From Octopus vulgaris (lineage: Eukaryota), in the NCBI GenBank assembly GCA_951406725.2, contig OX597814.1, forward strand, positions 178,374,001-178,438,000: DNA of 64,000 nt, in the 5' to 3' direction. Shown piece by piece: positions 56,178 through 64,000 of the stretch (within the stretch, counting starts at the first letter, position 1; the number at the start of each line of letters is the position of its first letter). Under the pieces are notes generated by a model, which saw only the letters and a list, made by a program, of their open reading frames with translations, ran no database searches and was not told the origin of the DNA. The translations under genes were made by a program, and so were the position numbers.

Positions 56178-57608
56178 GATTCATTTCCGATGATTGTAAC
56201 AACGGTGAAAAAAATATGAATTCTAATTTATTGCTACATTTAGGCAAGTTTATGTCTGTATTATCAGACAATTTCAAAAGGATGACTTTAAAATATTCAG
56301 ACTCTGCAAAAATCCTGTACAAATTTTTCACGGTTCAAAACGTTGCTTACTTTTTACTCAACCTGTTATAGACACAGACGTACTATACACTAACGTTCAC
56401 ACTCATGTCGAAATTTATCCTTTCACCTTGTTCAATTATAAGTATTAGTAAGATACCCAAATGTCAATACTTCCTTATTTATTGAATCCAAATTGACAAC
56501 CCGAATACAAAGTATCTGTAGCAAAATTTATTTCCTAATCAATATCCATTTAAGGCCCTTTCTCACTTCTAGAACTAAAATTCCCAGAACTACAGCTATT
56601 TCAATGCAGGTCAGCGTTTTGAACTAGTTCACCCTTCTCATTAAAACAAACCTTACTTCCTCCTCCTAACGGTTTATAGATTTTTTTATGAATAAATATC
56701 TTCAGATCCACTATACAAGCGCATTGTTTGAACCAGCCTTGGAGATGGCAAAACTTGAAAGCGTAGTTAAATAGTTATATATCCTTACATTCACGCCCCC
56801 CCCCCCACCAGACACACAGAGTATTTCACTGCACTACATAATTACAGGATCAAGAAATTTCACACTTACAGAAATGGTGAAATATGGTCAATGATATCGG
56901 AAAACAAACTGGAATTCCGGCCATTTTTAAAGTATTTAATTTGTAACTCGATCGCAGACAGATATTAGAAGACAGATATTAATCGTTCAAAACTGTACAA
57001 GGAGTTAACTTTACTGAAACATTTACTTTTTTGGTGGTAAATTTATACAACACCACGATACGCATGAATCAATTAAGAGAAATATTTTTTAAACTTTATG
57101 TATTTTAAATGAAACTCAGTCGCTTTTCTCATTATTTCTTTTTCAGTTTTATGTACGTTAATCTTACTTGCAGCTTACCAATACAACTTAGTTTTATTCC
57201 CATTTTTGTTTGTACTTTAATTTTTACGTTATATTACTTTAAAAATTTTTGTTGATACAAATTAATTTCTCCTTCATGCACTACTCTTTGCTTTCCATTT
57301 TCCTTCTTTTGGGAAGTAACATTAATCATGTGGTATTTCATCCTATCTCATACACCTCTGGTTTTTTGTTTGTTTTTATTTTCTATTTCTCTGGTTTTTG
57401 TTTGCTTTTGTTTTCTATGAGTTCCTTTTCATGAAGCCTCAACGTAGTTCACTAAAATTTCAGATTTACCGTCTCTTCGCTTCATATTTCGTATAGGGAC
57501 GTACACCACAGATAGAGGTGTATATCTCAGACAGAGGCGTGCAGTGAAAACCTCTGTGAATAAATTATAAGCACTTAGCAATAATTAGTCTTCATCATCA
57601 TCATCATC

Positions 57609-57660
<52 letters not shown>

Positions 57661-57919
57661 GCGTGTATGTATATGCGTATGATGGTCCGGCGACGTCTTT
57701 TATGGTCAAGTGGTCTGTTTACACCCACATTGTCTGTGAAGGAACTTTCTTCACTCAGGGCAATTTGTATGCATATTGTCTTTCCATGTCCGAGTATAAA
57801 CGGACATGCTAAATATGTTTGTATATAATTATATTTCACTCAACTTCAACAAATGTACCATTCGCTCTTTTAATATGAGAGCAACAAGCTTTTTGCGGCG
57901 ATGACCGACTGCACGGTAT

Positions 57920-57962
57920 ATGTAGCTGATAAAGCGTAACAGCACAGAAACAAGTCCTACGT
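57920..57962 (+). ncRNA. Minimal hammerhead-like motif, probably inactivated
   Basis: ATGTAG CTGATAA AGCGTAACAGCACA GAAAC AA GTC CTACGT: 6-bp stem I and a GUC triplet, but G8->A and a poor stem II. Confidence 0.45.
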
Positions 57963-59694
57963 TCTGATGACGTTATTTATGGCCTAATGATGCTTCTATG
58001 CCTATATTGTTTATGAGAGAGATTTCTTTTCTCGAGTAAATTTGTGTAGCGTATTCTCTTTTCATGTCCATGAGTAAACACATTTTAATCAGGATGGTGT
58101 ATAATGTATTTGTGTGTATCAATGTTCAATCGGTATTATAGCTGTTAAAGACATACTGTACCGTGGTACACTATAATTTCATTCTGCTCTTTGCCTTGCC
58201 GATGAAATTTAGGGAGTTTTCAGGCGTTACGCAATTGAGAATATATTTTCATTAACGATATGCTTCTTCTCATTGCAGTTAAATTTTCAATTCATTAACC
58301 TTTATTTTTTCCATGTCTAAAACGGTAATCTATTTATACCTTACATAGATATATAATAATATTATTTTCAATTTTCCAACGAAGACAAACAAAAATGATT
58401 AGCCATCATCTTCGAACTATGATTGAATTCTTAAATACATGTTGAAGTTCATTTCGTTGGCCCCTGTACGAATATATTCTCATTACCCATAATGAATATT
58501 CAGCTTATTACTACTAAGTGTTTCCTTGATAAATAATTACTTTCAGTATACCATGTGAAATGTGGTAATCTATAAAAATACAGATAATACATAATTACAA
58601 ATATATTCATGCACATACGGACTCACACATATATTCATTATACATGCACGATATATCTTACGTATAATATATTTCTATATGTGTATGCAAGTGGGAGTAT
58701 GTGTTAGTATTTGTTAATATAATAGAAATCATAGGCCATTCAGTTGAAAATCTTGCATTTTTCAACGGAACTTTCTTCCATCGATCTAAATCGTATTCCT
58801 GTGAATTATTTTACACCCCTTGCAGTTGTTGTGGGGGATAAAACGCAGTACATTTGCGATGTTCCATGCAAGGATCTGGAAACTGAACTTGTTATTGGAC
58901 CATGTACCATTTTAATTGCCGATCTCAAAAAGACTCCAATCTTTATTGGGTTTTGAAAATCCTCTTACAATCAATGTGTTAGAATAAAATTTCTCATTTA
59001 GCTACACCAAATTATGAAAGTACTACAATTCTCTATTACTAATCAAAGACATACACCTGGCATTGTTTAAAACTCAAGCGCACTTTTCGCACTTAAATGT
59101 TAACTTCATTTCACTTCATAATCCGCCTGAAAAAGAGCTTCAGCAACAATTAAGGCTATCTGTCCTATGAATAGCTCTTATTCTCTTTACGAACAGAGAT
59201 GCCTGCTTACGGCCGTATCACGTTGAACGCATAGATTCTTGTCCGTTCGCCAAAGTTACACAACGTTGAATAATTATATGGGTGACTGCTTGGGAAACCT
59301 AAGTGTTGTATTTCGCATTTACAAGGCGATGCACCAGCATTGGCAAAGTCTAATGACTGAACAAATACACAATAAAGTTTCACATAAAAATAAGTAAGGA
59401 ATCCAATGTGTTTTAACTTTATTGAAAGACTTTCAGTGTAAAAGGATGCTAAAATGCATAACACTTCAAGGATTTCTCTACCTACATTGTTAATGCTCTT
59501 TCGCAGGTGAATGTATGTATCAATTCTCAAATCCTTCTGGTGCTTTCTAATGTATTTGCATTTATGAGGCTTTATTTTTTAGCCGAGACATATTGCTGAA
59601 AAAAATATTGTCTATAATGCAATGAAAAAAATACTGGTCAGGCGGATTATGAAGTGGAATGAATAAAAATTTTCGCATAAAACTAATTTTGCTT

Positions 59695-60180
<486 letters not shown>

Positions 60181-62078
60181 AAAATCCAATCTCAAGGAAA
60201 ATAAATATTATTTATCTTCTCGATTGATGTATAAGAAAATATTGAAAGAATTGTAATCATCATGTTCCTCATTAATTTTTTAAAGTCTCCTTTTGCTGAT
60301 CCTGAAGACAATATCTCTATCTTACCATGTTTTATTCATTAAAAGCTGCAGCTTGCTCATTGTTTTGGGGGTGCATTCAATTGTCGTTGATATTCCCTAC
60401 CAGGACGATTGTTTAGTGCGAGAGATGTTTCTACAGCAAAATGAAAGTCCTTTACATAGCCCACTACCCCCTATAATATATTCCTTGCAATATTTATAAT
60501 TACATAAATTTTTAAACCTTGATAGTCTCCATACTTTTCTAAGAATGATGTGTCAAACCACCGAAGTACATAACTACAGCAATGACCAAATTCTGTGGTG
60601 CACTACTTTGAGAATTTAGAAGTGAGTTTTCATTGATGATATTAGCTTCAGATGATATCATTTGTAATGTACAATATTAGACGATACTGACTTAAAGGAA
60701 GCGCTTGGTCTCTGAAATTGTGACACGTAACAGCATTTTCAAGATTTTGACGTCATAAGCGGCACGTTCCAGTTGTCTTTTACCCCCACATTTTTGCTGA
60801 GAAGGGAATCAATAGACAGAATAATATCAGATTTATGACCATGAGTTGGGTCACGATATAAGATCATTATTCGACATTTTTAGGTAAATTTTGCTATTCT
60901 TTAGTAATATTTAGTCCGCTTATAGCTGATATTGTCATTGAGGCTCACGTTTTAAGTGAAAATGTTTCGGTTCACGAAAGATGTTTTCTTCGAACATTTC
61001 ATATCTTAGTTCTCGTATAGCTTGCTTTTGACGGTTCGCTTTACGTATTATGTTTTCTTAATACTTTGTTGTCTGTGTTTTTTATGTAACTTGTTTACGA
61101 TGAATCGCTTCGTGTATTCTAGTTTCTTCAAACCACTTTCGCTTCTGTTACTGATTATGTAGCTCGCAACATTTAAGCAACATCTTGTATAATGGTTAAG
61201 GAAATAAGTTGGTATTCTATTTGAATGTATTGCATATTAACTTGGAAATCTGCATGTTATAATTATTTGACACACGTGATAATTAAATGGTGTTAGCGTG
61301 TAATTATATCTTTATGCATGCGTACATACTCAAGATGCATAACAACCGAGATAAAATAACCTTGTTTGTAAAGAGACAGAGAAAGAAAATGAAACAGAGA
61401 TGGCGGTGAATAGGTAATCGTGAATTGCATTTCCATACATACAGTGTGTTTGTGAGTTTGTTGCGTGTGCGTTAAAGATATTTATGTGTATGTATGTGTG
61501 TATGCATGAAAGCTTGTATATGTGTGTGCGTGTATTTACGATTACGCCAGACAAACTATCGCTGCACAGCTACAAACTATCGCTGTTGTTTAGAATAAGA
61601 TTATAACAGCCTGGGTACAAGGCTCGGTGAAGTGTTAGATATGACTACTTAAAAATTCATGAAGATGTTCTACTAACATTGTCACAGTTCAGTGACATGA
61701 CACTAAAGATAAAACACCCACACTCATAGAAGCCCACCTTTGATTTATATATGTATATTAAATATCAGATTACTAAACTTTTTGATAAAAAGTTTACCAA
61801 ACGGTTTAAAAGCAGGTATGCTAATCTGTATAAGTTTACTAAACTATTTAATAACATTAATACATACATACGTAGGTGTGTACACTGTATATTGCACTGA
61901 TAGTTTAAAATATTCTTTCCTGGGTTTGTAGTTAAGTATATGTGTATGCATTTTCATACATGTCTGCGTTCATTTAAACAAATGCTATAACATTATATGC
62001 ACGAAATCACACATATCCATGTACCAATTCACCCTTACGTAAATATACAGACAATAGATAAATATCATATATAGTTAT

Positions 62079-62394
62079 TATCATTTATTTATGCGCCCTT
62101 TTCAAGCCTAGCCAAGCTCATGGGCCCGGTTTCCCGGTTTCTGTGGCGTATGTGTTCTCCCTAGCTGGACGGGACGCCAGTCCATCGCAGCGTTACCCAA
62201 GAAACAGAAAGAAAGAGTGAGAGAAAGTTGAGACGAAAGAGTATAACAGGGGTCGCTACCACCCCTGCTGGAGCCTCGTGGAGCTTTAGGTGCTTTCGCT
62301 CAATAAACACATACAACACCTGGTCTGGCAATCGAAACCGCGATCCTCCAACCGAGAGTTCGCTACCCTAACCACTGGGCCATTGCGCATCCAC
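62079..62394 (-). mobile_element. SINE family A, tail type 2
   Basis: Matches 36846-37154; perfect 14-bp TSD TCATATATAGTTAT at 62065-62078 / 62395-62408. Confidence 0.93.
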
Positions 62395-63187
62395 TCATAT
62401 ATAGTTATATAGACATAAACAGAGAGAGAGAGGCTGAAACACATAAAAGAATGTGATGTTACATACTAACACACACACACACACGCACATATTACGCTTA
62501 CACCCATACGTATGTATGTACGTCTAAATGACCTACATGCTGTCATGTTCAACAACGTCCAGTCTAAATCAGATGTTAGCAACCTTCATTGCAAACGTAG
62601 CGTTCTATAACTATAGGCAATTCACAGTCAACTTGACGCGCTAAACCTGTATTGATTCTATCAACAGAGACCCTGCGATACTTCTTTAATGGAGCCATGC
62701 CAATCTTACATCTTTCTACTCAATAAAGTTGTTAAGAAAGTCATATGTACTATTCATATCAAGAAAACATCATCACATCAGACTTCCCTAAATGTGAGCA
62801 GTCTGCAACTAGACCTTTCACATTTGTTCTCAACATCAGCCTTAATTGTCGCTGAGAATACGGAAACACAAACTTAATATAACGTGGCCTACACTCCAGG
62901 GACTGGATGTTCCCTTTAGGTTCAAAATATAAAGCACGCTACACCAATAAGTAAAACTCTCAGAATCTCATTTCAGACAAATAATTGAACATTACTCCCA
63001 GAGTATGATGCTATTTGCACAGATTTACTAAACCGTATACCCCCACCCCAAAAAAGCTACCTTATCAACTCACATAAAATCTCTTGTAGATAGGCGCCAC
63101 CCTCTGGCTCATATGCATGCTGTGTTCTCTCTCTCTCTCTCTTTCTCTCTCCGAGCCCACCAAACTGTTATTATTATGAAGTTTCAT

Positions 63188-63401
63188 AAGGTGGCGAGCT
63201 GACAGAATCTTTAGCATGCTGGACGAAATGCTTAGCGATATTTCGCCGCTCACTACGTTCTGAATTCAAATTACGCCGAAGTCGACTTTGCCTTTCATCT
63301 TTTCAGGGTCGATAAATTAAGTAACAGTAAAACACTGGGGTCGATGTAATCGACTTGTCCCCTCCCACAAAATTTTAGGCCTTGTATCTTTAGTAGAAAG
63401 G
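63188..63401 (+). mobile_element. SINE family C, tail type 1
   Basis: Matches 21377-21588; 15-bp TSD ATTATT(A/G)TGAAGTTT at 63170-63184 / 63402-63416. Confidence 0.92.
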
Positions 63402-64000
63402 ATTATTGTGAAGTTTGTTTCCCGGAAACGTTCGGCCTTTTGTTCTATCTCCAACGTTCCCGGCTAACTTATCTCTAACCTTTTATTTTGCATTTTATGT
63501 CGTCCTTATCATAGCCGCTCTATCCAGTCCTTTCTCATTAAAATATTTGTTCTTTTGAAACATCCAATCTGTGCGTGTTTTTCCTGCAACTAACAATTTA
63601 AAGCGGAATATGAGTCAATCAGTCCTCACATAAATATGGATCTAAGTATGCATCAGTATGTATGCATATATATGTGCGCGTATGTGGGTTCGTGTGTGTG
63701 TGTGTGTTTGCGGTGGTATGCATTTGTATACGCATAAGGAAGAGGACAGTATGAGAAAAATATGTCAGCGGTGGTCCTTTTGCTATTTAATGATCAAACT
63801 TACCCGCACCATTATGTTATTGAATCCAAAGTTTGGGCGAGTAAAATTTTAACGTTCTCTGCATTGGCCACTGGGAAAATAAACTTTTATTAACGTAATG
63901 ACATAATTATCTCAAGTTGTTTAACTTGCAAAGTTTCTTACCATCAAATGAATAAAATCACTTATTCATTGAGTGATTTAATTTTTCATGAAATTATATT

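Noticed and set aside
57735-57795. FFTQGNLYAYCLS resembling PIF1 helicase FSHGQLYVALSR
   Set aside because: Weak single-motif similarity with no other helicase motifs nearby.

Overview
AT-rich, microsatellite-dense eukaryotic DNA with no host protein-coding exon I can support. It reads as intronic or intergenic; the SINE families and simple repeats suggest an octopod cephalopod, but that taxon call is inference. Almost all ORF-track entries are translations of simple repeats. Mobile DNA: a decayed DD34D mariner (20505-21975), a decayed DD37D maT element (30380-31635), a decayed Helitron Rep gene (~51230-54490) interrupted by a SINE and followed by a TSD-bounded, internally deleted L1/Tx1-type LINE (54491-56177), an RTE 3' end, probable Penelope-like remnants, and at least four SINE families. 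Most interesting: (i) several minimal Penelope-type hammerhead ribozyme motifs, one with a swapped G3-C8 core pair (46337-46387); (ii) a SINE whose 3' tail matches the 3' end of the Tx1-like LINE in the same window; (iii) modular SINEs with shared heads and swapped tails; (iv) a perfect 69-bp inverted repeat; (v) a 150-bp templated patch inside an old SINE; (vi) a possible minus-strand first exon with a 36-aa small ORF near 17.1-17.5 kb. All alignments and folds were done by eye.
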